Assembly (NCBI GenBank): GCA_051453625.1
Contig: JBOZIK010000001.1
Span: 37,396,496-37,434,503 of the forward strand
Direction of reading: 5' to 3'
Source: Welwitschia mirabilis
Taxonomy: Eukaryota
Length of the DNA: 38,008 nucleotides
This document shows, piece by piece, positions 1 to 12,957 of this stretch. A program made the translations under genes and the position numbers. Below the pieces are notes generated by a model. It saw only the letters and a list, made by a program, of their open reading frames with translations. It ran no database searches and was not told the DNA's origin. The first letter of the stretch is position 1, and every line of letters begins with the position of its first letter.

Positions 1-3000
1 TTCCCAAATTTAAAAACATTGATGATTAGATCCATGAAGCATGTCAGAAAGGGAAGTAGAAAAAGTTAAATTTTGGTTAAAAAATATTATTTCTACTAAA
101 TAACCATTAGATCTTATACATTTAGACATTGTTGGTCCTTCATCTATAGAAAGGTTAGGTAAGGAAAGATATTATTTAATAATTGTAGATGATTTTTCTC
201 ATTTTACATGTTTAGCCTTCCTTGCACATAAGGATGAGGCTTTTAATGCTTTTTCTAAGTTGTGCATTAGGTTACAAAATCAAAATGGATACATGATTAA
301 ATAATAAAAGTAACAAAGACATCAAATTCAAAAATGCAAAATTCAGGAAATTTTGTAAACAATTTGAGATTCAACATAAATTCTCTACTCTAAGAACTTC
401 CCAATAAAATAGAATAGCTAAAAGAAAGAATAGAGTTCTTAATGATATGGAAAGGATAATGATGCATGATAAAAAATTTGCCATATAATTTTTGGATAGA
501 ATTAATAAATACAACATGTTATGTTTCCAACAGTGTTTTGATAAGAATATTTGCTTCTAAAACTTATTATGAGTTATGATCAAGTAGAAAACCTTCTATT
601 AATTAATTTCATGTATTTGGTTCAAAATTCTTTATTATAAATGAAAGGAATAATTTAAGAAAATTTGATTCAAAAGTTGATGAAGGATTTTTCTAGGATA
701 TTCCATGGTTAGTAAAGTTTATAGGATATACAATAATAAAAGAACCCTTGTAGTTGAGGAAACCATTTATGTCAAAATAAATGATATTAAGGCAATTCTT
801 AGGAATGTGGAACAGGATTATGTTCTTATGCAACTTGTTCAATCCTCTAAATAGTCTCAAGTTTAATCTGATAATAAGGAAGAAAAATAAGAAGAATCAA
901 AAAAGAAAAATCCATTAACCATGATAAGTCTAAGTCACTTCATAAGAAACATTATAGAAAGTCCAAATGAAGGTATTTAAACTAGAAGTCATAGTAGATA
1001 ATTTTGTGGTTATGTAGCTTATATTTATCAAGTTAGACTAAAACCTTTAAGTAAGATAAAAATTATGAGCATTGGATGCTTACTATGCAAGAGGAGCTTA
1101 ATCAATTTGAAAGATGTAATGTTTGCAAACTCATTTCAATACATTCTAACAGACCAATTATTAGCAGTAAGTGGGTTTTTAAAAACAAAAAAATAATCAT
1201 AAAAATATTGTTAGAAACAAAGATAGATTAGTGGCAAAATATTACAATCAATAAAAAGGAATTAATTTTGAATAAATCTTTGCTCCTGTGGCTTATATGA
1301 AATCAAAAAAAAATTCTTCTAGCTTTTGCTTATATAAAATACTTTAAACTTTATCAAGTGGATGTCAAGAGTGCATTTCTTAATGGAAATATTCAAGAAG
1401 ATGTATATCTTGAACAATCAAATGGATTCATTGTCTCACAAAAATCTAATAATGTATACAAATTGAAGAAGGATTTATATGATCTTAAACAAACTTCAAG
1501 AGCTTGGTATGAAAACTCAAGGGTTATTTAATTGAAAAAGGGTTCAAAAAAGNNNNNNNNNNNNNNNNNNNNNNNNNNNNNNNNNNNNNNNNNNNNNNNN
1601 NNNNNNNNNNNNNNNNNNNNNNNNNNNNNNNNNNNNNNNNNNNNNNNNNNNNNNNNNNNNNNNNNNNNNNNNNNNNNNNNNNNNNNNNNNNNNNNNNNNN
1701 NNNNNNNNNNNNNNNNNNNNNNNNNNNNNNNNNNNNNNNNNNNNNNNNNNNNNNNNNNNNNNNNNNNNNNNNNNNNNNNNNNNNNNNNNNNNNNNNNNNN
1801 NNNNNNNNNNNNNNNNNNNNNNNNNNNNNNNNNNNNNNNNNNNNNNNNNNNNNNNNNNNNNNNNNNNNNNNNNNNNNNNNNNNNNNNNNNNNNNNNNNNN
1901 NNNNNNNNNNNNNNNNNNNNNNNNNNNNNNNNNNNNNNNNNNNNNNNNNNNNNNNNNNNNNNNNNNNNNNNNNNNNNNNNNNNNNNNNNNNNNNNNNNNN
2001 NNNNNNNNNNNNNNNNNNNNNNNNNNNNNNNNNNNNNNNNNNNNNNNNNNNNNNNNNNNNNNNNNNNNNNNNNNNNNNNNNNNNNNNNNNNNNNTCTTGA
2101 ACAATCAAATGGATTCATTATCTCATAAAAATATAATAATGTATACAAATTGAAGAAGGATTTATATGATCTTAAACAAACTTTAAGAGCTTGGTATGAA
2201 TACTCAAGGGTCATTTAATTGAAAAAGGCTTTAAAAAAGATACATCAGATGTCACATTATTTATTAAAAAGGATGGTAAAGATTTTATTAATGTTAAATT
2301 TATGTAGATGATATTATTTCTGGTAAAGATTTTATTAATTTTTAAATTTGTGTAGATGATATTATTTCTGGTGCTAATAATGAATCACTGTGCAAGAAAT
2401 TTACTAAGATTATGTAGGATGAATTTGAAGTGAGTCTTATGGGATCAATGAAAAACTTCTTGGGTCTTTAAGTTGTGCAACATAAGTATGGTACATTCAT
2501 TTCATAAGCTAGTCATATTAAAAATTTTCTAGTCAAGTATGATTTACAAGATTATAAAGAAAAAGACACTCTCAAAAATCAAAACATCAAACTAGACAAA
2601 GATGAGAATGGTAAGAAGGTGGATTAAAACATATATAGAGGTATGATTAATAATTTACTATATCTTATATATATTCATCCTAATATTATTTTGAGTATAG
2701 GAATTTATGCACATTATTAAAGTGATCCTAGAAAATCACATCTTCTAGATGTCAAAAGAATTTTTCATTACTTAAAAGGTACTACTAATTAGGGCCTTTG
2801 GTACTAAAGGACTCGTTACTTAATCTTGTAGGATATTATGATATAGAATGGGGAGGTTGTAAAGATGAAAATATAAGTACAAGTGGAACATGCATTTTAC
2901 TTAGGTAATGCCTGATATTTTGGAGTAGTAAAAAACAAAACTCAACTACTTTATGTACAGTCAAGGCTAGGTATATTACTGTCGGAAGTTACTATGCATG

Positions 3001-3297
3001 ACTTCTATGGATGAAGCAAACATTAAACGATTTTGGTTTCTTCATGAATAACATTTCTATCTATTTTAATAACAGGAGTGCCATAAATATATCCAAAAAT
3101 CCTATATAACACTCAAGAATCAAGCACATCGAAATCCTACATTACTTTCTTAGAAAACATGTTCAAAACAGAGATATTATAATGTAATATAGTAGTATAG
3201 ATGATCCACTTGTAGATTTATTTTGAAAACCTATAAGTACTAAGAGATATGTAAAGTTATTCAAGAATTAAGGGGTTAGGCCTTATCTAATCAAGTA
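1..3297 (+). pseudogene. pol: Degenerate Copia pol (integrase core, reverse transcriptase, RNase H) of element A
   Basis: Hand-translated integrase motifs: PLDLIHLDIVGP (~104), LIIVDDFSHFT (~177), RTSQ*NRIAKRKNR (~392). RT motifs: WMLTMQEELNQFER (~1073), KWVFKNK, FAPVA, LYQVDVKSAFLNG (~1349), LYDLKQTSRAWYE (~1475), YVDDII (2301). RNase H motifs: AINISKNPI*HSRIKHIEILHYFLRKHV (~3080), LVDLF*KP (~3210). Many stops and frameshifts. Confidence 0.95.
2274..2368 (+). repeat. 47/48-bp direct tandem duplication spanning the RT YVDD codons
   Basis: tggtaaagattttattaatgttaaatttatgtagatgatattatttc (2274-2320) is followed directly by tggtaaagattttattaatttttaaatttgtgtagatgatattatttc (2321-2368), with no N gap between them. 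Confidence 0.9.
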
Positions 3298-4066
3298 AGT
3301 AACTAGGTAATATCACTAAATTCTTGACTCCACATTGTATCTACATTATAATTTGAAAATAGAATTAGAAGTAATAGGTTTAATTGAAGTTAAAATTCTA
3401 TGTTTTATATTTATCTTTTTAAAGTAGTATTATTATGATCACATTAGTTATAGATTTGTTTTAAATTTCTAGAATTTTTATTATAGATGTCTTAACTTGT
3501 GTAGACATCTCTTAGCAAGACATCTTAAGAATTATAGACAATATTCCATGTATTTCTAGTAATATTTTTAGTAGAACATTAGTTAGAATTAGACTCATAT
3601 GAAGGCACCTATGCAGGGGGAGAAACAGGCTCTAACATCTATATTTTTTTAATCTACTATTTTAAAAGGAAAACAATTATTGATAAATCATTGGTAAATT
3701 AGTAGTGGTAGCAATGGCATTCAATTAAAGTTTTGCAAAATAGTTGACACACCTTTAACTATGTAATATTTTAATTATTTAGTGATTAAAATTCTTTTAT
3801 ATGATGATAGAATATTCTATTGAACACATTGTTTATGATATGGTATTGGCATACAACTCAATTTCATACTTCTATATATTTCATTAGTCTATTTTGTCTA
3901 GTTCCTCAATTGGTATATATCTATGTGTTCATTATAGTTTTAAATATCTCTTATCATAATTATCACAACTATTGATTATGTATTTCTATTTGGAATATAA
4001 AATGTCCAATTTCAGTTGTTTATATGACTTTGTGCTAATGAAAGTTGCCAAGTTTTTAATATCATC

Positions 4067-4079
4067 AAAAAATGGGAGA
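4067..4079 (+). promoter_or_regulatory. Polypurine tract (PPT) of element A
   Basis: TCATC-AAAAAATGGGAGA-T resembles the Sirevirus terminal PPT context (TCATCAAAAAGGGGGAGAT) immediately before the LTR. Confidence 0.7.
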
Positions 4080-4080
4080 T

Positions 4081-5474
4081 TATTAAAAAAACTAGTTTTG
4101 ATGATTCCACTTGTTAAATCTTGTATGTTATTAAGTAGATAAGTTATTACAACAACATTATGATGGATCTCCAAGACAACATCTCACAAAAATAATTAGA
4201 TGTCAAACTACAAAATTAATTGTTTGAAAACATCTAGAAATTTGAAGATGTCTCAAATAAATACATCTAGAAATCTAAAAACATCTTGAATGTACTAGAA
4301 TTCAATTCATAGGTTAAAAGATGATTATCATATTCAAGATAACTAAACTAAAAATTAAACTTAACACAAATGAAGACATCTATAAATTTAAAGATATCTA
4401 TACTAAGTCAAAATAGGTAGTAGAGTCAATTTTATTTTTTATTATTATCTTGAATTTTAGGTGAGCTATCAACTTATACATTGTGGATTCATGATCATAG
4501 ACACCCAAGAATACTATATTGCAAAATTAATCAGAATCTAGGAAAGTTGACTCAAGACATCTNNNNNNNNNNNNNNNNNNNNNNNNNNNNNNNNNNNNNN
4601 NNNNNNNNNNNNNNNNNNNNNNNNNNNNNNNNNNNNNNNNNNNNNNNNNNNNNNNNNNNNNNNNNNNNNNNNNNNNNNNNNNNNNNNNNNNNNNNNNNNN
4701 NNNNNNNNNNNNNNNNNNNNNNNNNNNNNNNNNNNNNNNNNNNNNNNNNNNNNNNNNNNNNNNNNNNNNNNNNNNNNNNNNNNNNNNNNNNNNNNNNNNN
4801 NNNNNNNNNNNNNNNNNNNNNNNNNNNNNNNNNNNNNNNNNNNNNNNNNNNNNNNNNGCTAAAAGGCTATCCTCACAAAGAATCAAGGCATCATTACAAA
4901 GAATATATTACTTCTATTATTATTTAATTTTAAATCTTCATTGCTACATTTTTTGTTTATACTCATAATGGCAACAACAACTTTAATGATTTTAAATATT
5001 CATCAAAGAAAATATTCAGGCTTATTATTGTATTACATTTTGCTTATTTATTGTGAACTATCTTATTATTGAAAATTATTGTAAAGTGCATTTCTTAAAT
5101 ATTAAATACTTTGTAAGGCAACCCTTATAAGGGTGCGCATTTGTCATTGTGCTTTTGGGAACTTATTTTATGTAAGGTTTATGATATGCCTATGAAAACC
5201 ACTATTTCATTAAGGGGGAGAGAGTGATGCCTTACAAGAAGACTTTCATTTATTGCAAAGTTAGTAATGCACAAAAAACAACTATTTTATTATAGGTTAA
5301 GAATATCGGAACATGTGAGTAGAAGCTATCCTCTATGTATGGATGTACCTAGGTTGGGGAACCAAGTTATCCTAGTAAGGTTTGTTTTTGTACATTTTCA
5401 TTCTGTTATTTGATCTAAATTTATTATTTGGTGGAACTCATTCACCCCTCTTCTCTGAGTTTAATCAATCCTCA
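4081..5474 (+). repeat. 3' LTR of element A
   Basis: Starts right after the PPT (TATT, probably decayed TGTT). It has an AGAYRTCT motif cluster at 4175-4562 and ends ATTCACCCCTCTTCTCTGAGTTTAATCAATCCTCA, after which Gypsy integrase sequence begins. The partner LTR is outside the window. Confidence 0.7.
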
Positions 5475-8400
5475 CTTTTTAAAGTTTTCTAATGTTTAGA
5501 TTGAAAATTTTAACTGAGCCATTAGGATGTACTTTTTCTAAAAGATAAAGACCAAATCATTTATAGGTTAACTTGTTATGTAAAAGGAACTTGGGTATTT
5601 TATAAAAGGACTAGTTAACCAGGTTCATATTGGTTATGAGTTATCTTTTTATTATGTTTGAACTTGACTTGTGCTTTATAAATAAGTTGATAATGTATAG
5701 TACAAGTATATTTTCAATTAAGTAATCTACTTTAGCTAATTGAGTCTTAATATTTTCATCTAAGTTCATAAGATTAAGTTAATAAGTGGATCAATCAGAG
5801 TTATAGTAAACATTAACTGATAAGATACAAATTNNNNNNNNNNNNNNNNNNNNNNNNNNNNNNNNNNNNNNNNNNNNNNNNNNNNNNNNNNNNNNNNNNN
5901 NNNNNNNNNNNNNNNNNNNNNNNNNNNNNNNNNGTTATAGTAAACATTAACTGATAAGATACAAATTTTTTTTATACAGAAGTTCATAAGGTGAAAAGCC
6001 AAGAAAATTTTACCAAGTAGTATGACAAGCCAGAGAACAACAGTGAGTTTAGGGTCCTAAGTTTTATTATTTATAAAGATAATTTTTTAAAGAATTTTCT
6101 TAATTTCCCTATTTGCATTTTTTGCTTAACCACTGAATTGTATATATAAGCATAGGTAATTCGATGTTCAATTCCAATGAAACGAGAAGTTTTTGAAAAT
6201 GATAATTGATGANNNNNNNNNNNNNNNNNNNNNNNNNNNNNNNNNNNNNNNNNNNNNNNNNNNNNNNNNNNNNNNNNNNNNNNNNNNNNNNNNNNNNNNN
6301 NNNNNNNNNNNNNNNNNNNNNNNNNNNNNNNNNNNNNNNNNNNNNNNNNNNNNNNNNNNNNNNNNNNNNNNNNNNNNNNNNNNNNNNNNNNNNNNNNNNN
6401 NNNNNNNNNNNNNNNNNNNNNNNNNNNNNNNNNNNNNNNNNNNNNNNNNNNNNNNNNNNNNNNNNNNNNNNNNNNNNNNNNNNNNNNNNNNNNNNNNNNN
6501 NNNNNNNNNNNNNNNNNNNNNNNNNNNNNNNNNNNNNNNNNNNNNNNNNNNNNNNNNNNNNNNNNNNNNNNNNNNNNNNNNNNNNNNNNNNNNNNNNNNN
6601 NNNNNNNNNNNNNNNNNNNNNNNNNNNNNNNNNNNNNNNNNNNNNNNNNNNNNNNNNNNNNNNNNNNNNNNNNNNNNNNNNNNNNNNNNNNNNNNNNNNN
6701 NNNNNNNNNNNNNNNNNNNNNNNNNNNNNNNNNNNNNNNNNNNNNNNNNNNNNNNNNNNNNNNNNNNNNNNNNNNNNNNNNNNNNNNNNNNNNNNNNNNN
6801 NNNNNNNNNNNNNNNNNNNNNNNNNNNNNNNNNNNNNNNNNNNNNNNNNNNNNNNNNNNNNNNNNNNNNNNNNNNNNNNNNNNNNNNNNNNNNNNNNNNN
6901 NNNNNNNNNNNNNNNNNNNNNNNNNNNNNNNNNNNNNNNNNNNNNNNNNNNNNNNNNNNNNNNNNNNNNNNNNNNNNNNNNNNNNNNNNNNNNNNNNNNN
7001 NNNNNNNNNNNNNNNNNNNNNNNNNNNNNNNNNNNNNNNNNNNNNNNNNNNNNNNNNNNNNNNNNNNNNNNNNNNNNNNNNNNNNNNNNNNNNNNNNNNN
7101 NNNNNNNNNNNNNNNNNNNNNNNNNNNNNATTTCTTTTTTTTGGTAGTGTAGTTTATTGGGTCTTAGATAAAGTTGTACTAAGATAATATATGCTTTTAA
7201 GATGTTTTTAACATTTTTAATCAATTACCCATCCACAGTGATGTTACTAGTACCACACATAAGTTAAAAATCCTTAGTCTAATTAGGTCCCATTACAATA
7301 GGTTTAGAAGAAATTTTACCTTTAAGTATTTTGAAAGTAATTAGCATGAGTCATTCTCATCAAACCTAGCTTCTTTATCAAGTAATGAATGAAGGGTTTT
7401 ATAAATCTTAGCATAATCTTAAATAAAATGATAAGAAACCAGCATGACTAAGAAAAGATACAAATTGATTGATATTAGTTGAAGGGTTAAATTTTTGAAT
7501 AATAACAAATTTTATGGAATCCATCCTAATGCCCTCACTAGAAATGTGGTGACCTAAAATAATTCCATTTTTAATAAGAAATATTTTTTCCCTCAAGTGT
7601 AGGACACATTCTATACATGTATCTAAGGCTTTTTCTAATCTTTCCATGATTTATTCAAAATTTTCATTAAACATTGAGGAGTCATTTATAAAGATCTCAA
7701 TAAATTCCTCTATCATATCAGAAAACATATCCATCATTGCATGTTAAAATATTTTAGGGGAATTACAAGGTTTAAAGGCATTTGTCTAAAGGTAAAGATT
7801 CCAAAGGAAGAAGTAAAAGTTATCCTTTCTTATTTCTCACTAGCTATGCAGGCCTAATTATATCCACTATACCCATCAAGAAAATAGTGGTAAGAATGTC
7901 CTTGGATTCCATCAACTACTTGATGGAGAAATGGTAAAGGACAATGATTTTTTTAAGTAACCTCATTAATTTTTCTAAAGTCAATGCACATTTTTCACTT
8001 TTCATTCTTATTAGGTACTACTATTAAGGGGATAATCCACTCACTATCAGATATAGTATATATAATCACAACATCCATAAGTTTAATAATTTCATCCTTT
8101 ACTAAGGACTAAGTTATGTCTTCATTGGAGTTTTCTAACTAGTTTAATATTATCGTCAAGGTAGATTTTGTGTTAATCTATGAAAGGAAGAATGGCACCT
8201 AAGTCCTTGTGGATTCACGTAAAAGCATTTTTCTTAGAAGTTAAAAGTAAGACTAAGTTAGATTCCTACTGAGGAGTACAAATTTTACTTATCATCAAAT
8301 GTTTCTTAGATTGTTGAACAGAAAGATGTACTTCAAACATTTAGGTAACTCCTTTAAATTTAAGTTGTAACATTCATTTAGTATTTTTAAACTTTCTTCA

Positions 8401-10970
8401 TTGTTTGTCATCTCAGCCTATCATCCAAATGACTGTAATGGATAACACACCTCATCATAAAGTTTCTTAGTTGATCCCATATGTTGAACTTCTTTCTAAT
8501 TTAAAACTTCCTTATTCTCATGATTGAGATAATTTATTTTAGTTAAAGCATCATATAAATTTAATCCATGTATTATTAACAATCTCTCTTTAACTAGTTG
8601 ATGTTGTAAAGATAAAGTTGGTTTAACTTCTTTAAGTTCTGGTTATCTCTTGTATATTTTTTAACAACATTAAAAAATCTAATGGTGAACTTCTTATTAC
8701 CTATATAGCATTCCATCATTCTAGTTTATTTGATGATGATATAGTAGGTGGTTGTACAAAAGGCCCTTTCTAAGAGTAATGGGTAACCTCTATTATGTTA
8801 CATCTATGAGGTATAAGGATTCTTCTATTTGGTTTACCATATATTTAATAATCCCTAAGGGTTTCTTGATTAAAGTATCAACCAACTTTAAGATGATTCA
8901 TATAGGTTCAACTTTAGGTTTTAACCCAAGTATTTTACATATGTGAAGATGCATGATGTTTAAACTTGCTTCTATGTCTATTAAGGATTTTCTAATTCTT
9001 TTGTTTCTTTTTAAAGTAACACTTACCATTACTTCCCTAGGGTCTTTGAATTTTGAATACTTTTTCATAACTAAGTTGATGATAGATTGTATAAGGAAGA
9101 TCTTACTAGGGATGGTATGCTTTTGTTTTTTCCTAACTAGATCTTTCTACAACTTAAGATACTTATGATTTCTTACAAGATTTTTCAAAAAGATAAGTTG
9201 ATGCTCACCTCTTATATTAAGGATTTTAAATATTCATCATGGATGTAATTTATTTTTAACTATTAAGCCAAGGAGTCATTGATTTTTTTCCCTTTATTTT
9301 CTTGTGAAGAATTTTTTGTGATAGGCTTATTATTTAAAATTAAAGGGAAGTTATATGTTTCTAAGATTTCTACATCATCCTCCTTCTTATAGTTTTCATT
9401 ATTCTTGAAAGTTCAAGGTTCATGAGTATTTCACTTTTAGTTACTACCTTCCAATCCTTCTTAACTTCAATTAAATTTAGTCAAGGTTGCAATGCAAAAG
9501 ACCCTTATGAATATTGATTAGCTAATACCATTTGTTAAAGAATATAATAAAATTTTCAATGTTATTATTGGTCTTTTCTTATATTTTTCTCAACTCTTCT
9601 ATTAAATCTCTAAGTGGATCACTCTAATTTTATTAAATATTTGAGGTACTTGGTTAAAAGTTGGAGTTATTTGGTTGGAAGCTTGAGTTTCTAAATCTAT
9701 TCTCAAAAGGTTTCCAAATTGATTTTTTACTCATTCTTCATTGATATGGTGATTGATTTTTAAAGTTAAAAGGATTTTAATTAAATGCACACACTTCCTC
9801 AAGCATCCTCTCTTTACATGTTGGTAGCAAAGGGCATTCTTTTATTGGATGAGAGTTGTCTTCACATATATCACATGTTGAAGTTGCATTTCCTCATTTT
9901 CTATTTTTGTATCAACTATCATTTAAGTATACTTTTTAAAAGTAATAGTAAAATCCTTAATTATATTATTTAAATATCATTATTCTTCCCCTTGTTATTT
10001 TTTACCTCTTTTAACTCTTTTATGATTTGTTCTATGATTCAATTTTCTCTAAAAGTTGGTTTTGGGAAATTTTAACTTATTTCAACTAGATCTTCTAATA
10101 ATTTTGTATGCATTATCCAAGTTCAAGGTCATTAAATTTTCATCATAAGAAAATTCTACAAGTTGTTTTGTTTCACTATTCCATCTAGTGTAAAAATAAT
10201 TTATCAATTCCTTATTAGGAAATTTATCAATTGGATTGGAATGAATAGCTATAATAAATCATTCATAACTTGTGGCATAATCTTCCTAGGGTGGTTGTTT
10301 AAATTTGATAACCCTCTTCCTTCTTTTTATTGTGATACTTTCACTCATAAATCCCTTAATAAAAGTTTCTTGTACTTGATTCAATGACTTAAGAATCTTA
10401 TGTTAAATGGTTTTGAGACAATCTTGCTTTTTCTTTAAGTTTAATAGGAAAGATAGCCATGTAAGTTCAATCACCAATATATTTCTTCCCATTTTCTGAG
10501 GTAAGCACAAGTTTTTCAATGCCAGCTAGATGTTAAAAAGGTTCCCCTTTAGGTTCTCCTAAGAATTTTGGATATGCAACTAAGTTTTTAAGCTCTACAT
10601 CATCACTAGGAGATAAGTTAAAAGGATTTTGAATTTCATGTTTCCTATTAGCTATCAAATCTCTAAGCATAGCATTTGGATTTTAAGTATATGTTCTTAC
10701 CATAATTGGAGTACAAGATGAAGCTACTTTTTTTTACATATGATTTACTTCTAATCTATTATTTTTACACTTTTATTTTAAAATATTTGATTTTGAAACA
10801 AAAAAAGCAAAAAGATCTTCTTCTTCAATTATTGAAATTTACATACCTGTGGTGTGCATACCTAGAATTTGTTCATAATTGAATAAGCCTTTTCTAATAT
10901 TTTTCTCTATCAAATTTTACTCTCTCTAATATTTCATCTTTTTAATATAATTCATCATGTTCCTACATCC
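5475..10970 (-). pseudogene. gag-pol: Degenerate gag-pol of element B
   Basis: Minus-strand motifs: CCHC knuckle TCDICEDNSHPIKECPLL (~9826-9880); KFKDPRE and protease KSLIDIEASL (~8960-9055); RT CIDFRK (~7975-7990), YHYFLDGYSGY (~7860-7892), EIFIND (~7681-7698), ILGHHISSEGI, FLSHAGF; RNase H start PIVMGPN*TKDF*LMCGTS (~7250-7305). The integrase C-terminus at 5475-6210 is homologous to ~31030-31650. Confidence 0.92.
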
Positions 10971-11375
10971 ATAGAAAATGTGTAATGATCATTGTCTTTA
11001 TCATCATCTAGATGATATAAGAGATGACCAATAAAAGTATTTTGTAAAAATTAGGAAAACAAACCTATAAAAAAGAAAACATTAACAATTATCCATTTAG
11101 TCATCTAGGCGATAGAGGGAACAATGTCAACTTTATTATGCTATCAAAAAATGAAAAACTATTTACAAAAAAAAAAAGACAAAAAATCTAATAGCATATC
11201 ATCATCTTCTCGTATCATCTGGATGATACTGAGGACAAAATCTTACAAAAAATAGAATTATGAAAAATAAACCTATAGAGTGTAGACTAAAAATACAATA
11301 CTATTAAAATAAATAACTCGAATTGCAATCGAAGGCACTATTTAGATAGTTACAATTCTCTATATTTTTGTGGAC

Positions 11376-11397
11376 TTTACTAAAAATGACATCAAAA
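11376..11397 (-). promoter_or_regulatory. Degenerate primer-binding site of element B
   Basis: Same position and flanking homology as the clearer PBS at 37106-37127 (gttacaattctc...aatgacatcaaaa|TGTTACAG vs attacaatcctc...aagggaaccaaga|TGTTGCAG). Confidence 0.55.
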
Positions 11398-12957
11398 TGT
11401 TACAGTGTGAATTTATTTAATTTTTAAGTCATTAATTAAATCCTATCAATCATAAATTCTTATACAAAACACACACTAGTATAGATGAAAGTTAACCTGA
11501 ATATTATATTCCATTAAAGGCACTAAGATAAGAAGATAGAGAATTAATTTAAACAAAGTATTTTTTATTTAAATAAATTAAAAAATAATAATATAGAAAC
11601 ATTATTGCAATACATATTTATGAAATCATTACATTATTATAAAAATCCTATTAATCATAATTATTTACATAGAACACACACTAATATAGAAGATAGTTAA
11701 CTATTGCGATGCATATTTATGCAAATACTATGCTCTTAACAAAATCCTTTCATGTAGAAATAAATATACATTTTGCATAGCATAACATACTAATATAGGT
11801 GGGAGTTAATCCAAATGTCATATTCTCATTGAAGATGCAAGCTAGAAGAAAGAGAATTAATTTTAAGATGAAACACTTACATACTTTAATAGTAAAAATG
11901 AATAACAATGCAGAAAATGATAATGCAAACATACTTATACAAATCTAAGCTAAATGCAACCTCCATTTAATTATTAGATCATCTTGTCATAGAGATTGAT
12001 CCTATATAATCTATATCAATCAAGAAATTATATCACTAGATCAAGACCAACCTAAGCTATTAAGTGCATCAGATAAAATAGAAAATCATGAAAAGTTAAT
12101 ATAGAAAGAAAAGATAATGCACCTAAACTAATAATGCTTAATCTTAATAAAGGTTTTCCTCATAATCTATATCACTTAAGAAGTTGTCATAGAATCATAA
12201 GCAACATAAACTATAAGGGATATACACATAACAAGAATAAGAAAATAGAAAAGAGATCTTTGAATTAGTTTTAAATAAACATCCATATTAGAAAGCAGAT
12301 GCACATTAATAAAGGAAGCACATCCCAATAGCAAGGAAGATGTCTCTCTACAACTACAATGGATGGATCTATAGCCATTCGATCTCTTGTCATAAGAATT
12401 TTCAATGTAAGCAATGATAAATAGGAGTTGAGGGCAGAGTTGATACTTATTGATAAAAATAAACTCACAAACAAAAAAGACAAATAGACATGAATACAAT
12501 CCTAATAATTATGCAAGAGAGACAAAGACAAATGGTCAAAGTTAAGTGAATTTTATGAAGTGTTATTTCAGATGTCATCCTATTGATCATCCAAATGATA
12601 TAGGAGACAATGCCATCTCATAAGAATTCCATGTTATCTACCAAATTGATTCCAGTTAGTATCCTTATTAGCTTAAATGTTCTATCATCTGTGTAGTCAT
12701 CCGGATGATGAGATGGATAATAGGCTTTTTACAAAAGTCCATGTAATGCATTAACCTTAATGTTTGTAAGAAGTTTACTTCAAAATAAAAAATATTATAA
12801 ACTGCTTTAAATACTTCAAAATATTATGAAGATTGCATATTTTTGTATCTTTTATCTCAGCTCTCCATCACCGTAGAAATCCAATATAAACCTATCTAAT
12901 ATCTTATAAAAATACTCAAAATATCCTATCAAATACATGTAAGTTGGCAGCATAACA
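11398..12957 (-). repeat. Gypsy LTR: 5' LTR of B and apparently also 3' LTR of C
   Basis: Termini TGTTA...TAACA form a perfect 5-bp inverted repeat. It is homologous along its length to the LTRs at 27985-29223 and 37128-38008. Confidence 0.8.

Larger units (their letters stand above)
1..5474 (+). mobile_element. Element A: Ty1/Copia LTR retrotransposon, Sirevirus/SIRE-like, 5' part outside the window
   Basis: Copia domain order INT-RT-RH on +. It is followed by purine tracts (3616 AGGGGGAGAAA; 4067 AAAAAATGGGAGA) and an LTR ending with the Sirevirus-type ATTCACCCCTCTTCTCT...CA motif (5440-5474). Confidence 0.9.
5475..12957 (-). mobile_element. Element B: Ty3/Gypsy LTR retrotransposon, Athila-like; 3' end cut off by element A
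   Basis: Gypsy order gag-PR-RT-RH-INT on -, with a PBS-like site and LTR at the right end. Collinear homology with element E. Confidence 0.88.

Noticed and set aside
1408..2240. Direct repeat of ~145 bp of RT on both sides of the gap at 1553-2094
   Set aside because: Near-identical copies abut an N gap and the RT reads continuously if they are merged. Most likely an unmerged contig or haplotype overlap.
11750..12499. Hydrophobic minus-strand ORFs (60-107 aa) that might suggest small membrane proteins
   Set aside because: They lie inside an LTR. The F/L/I richness is expected from T-rich DNA, and the frames are not conserved in the homologous LTRs of E.
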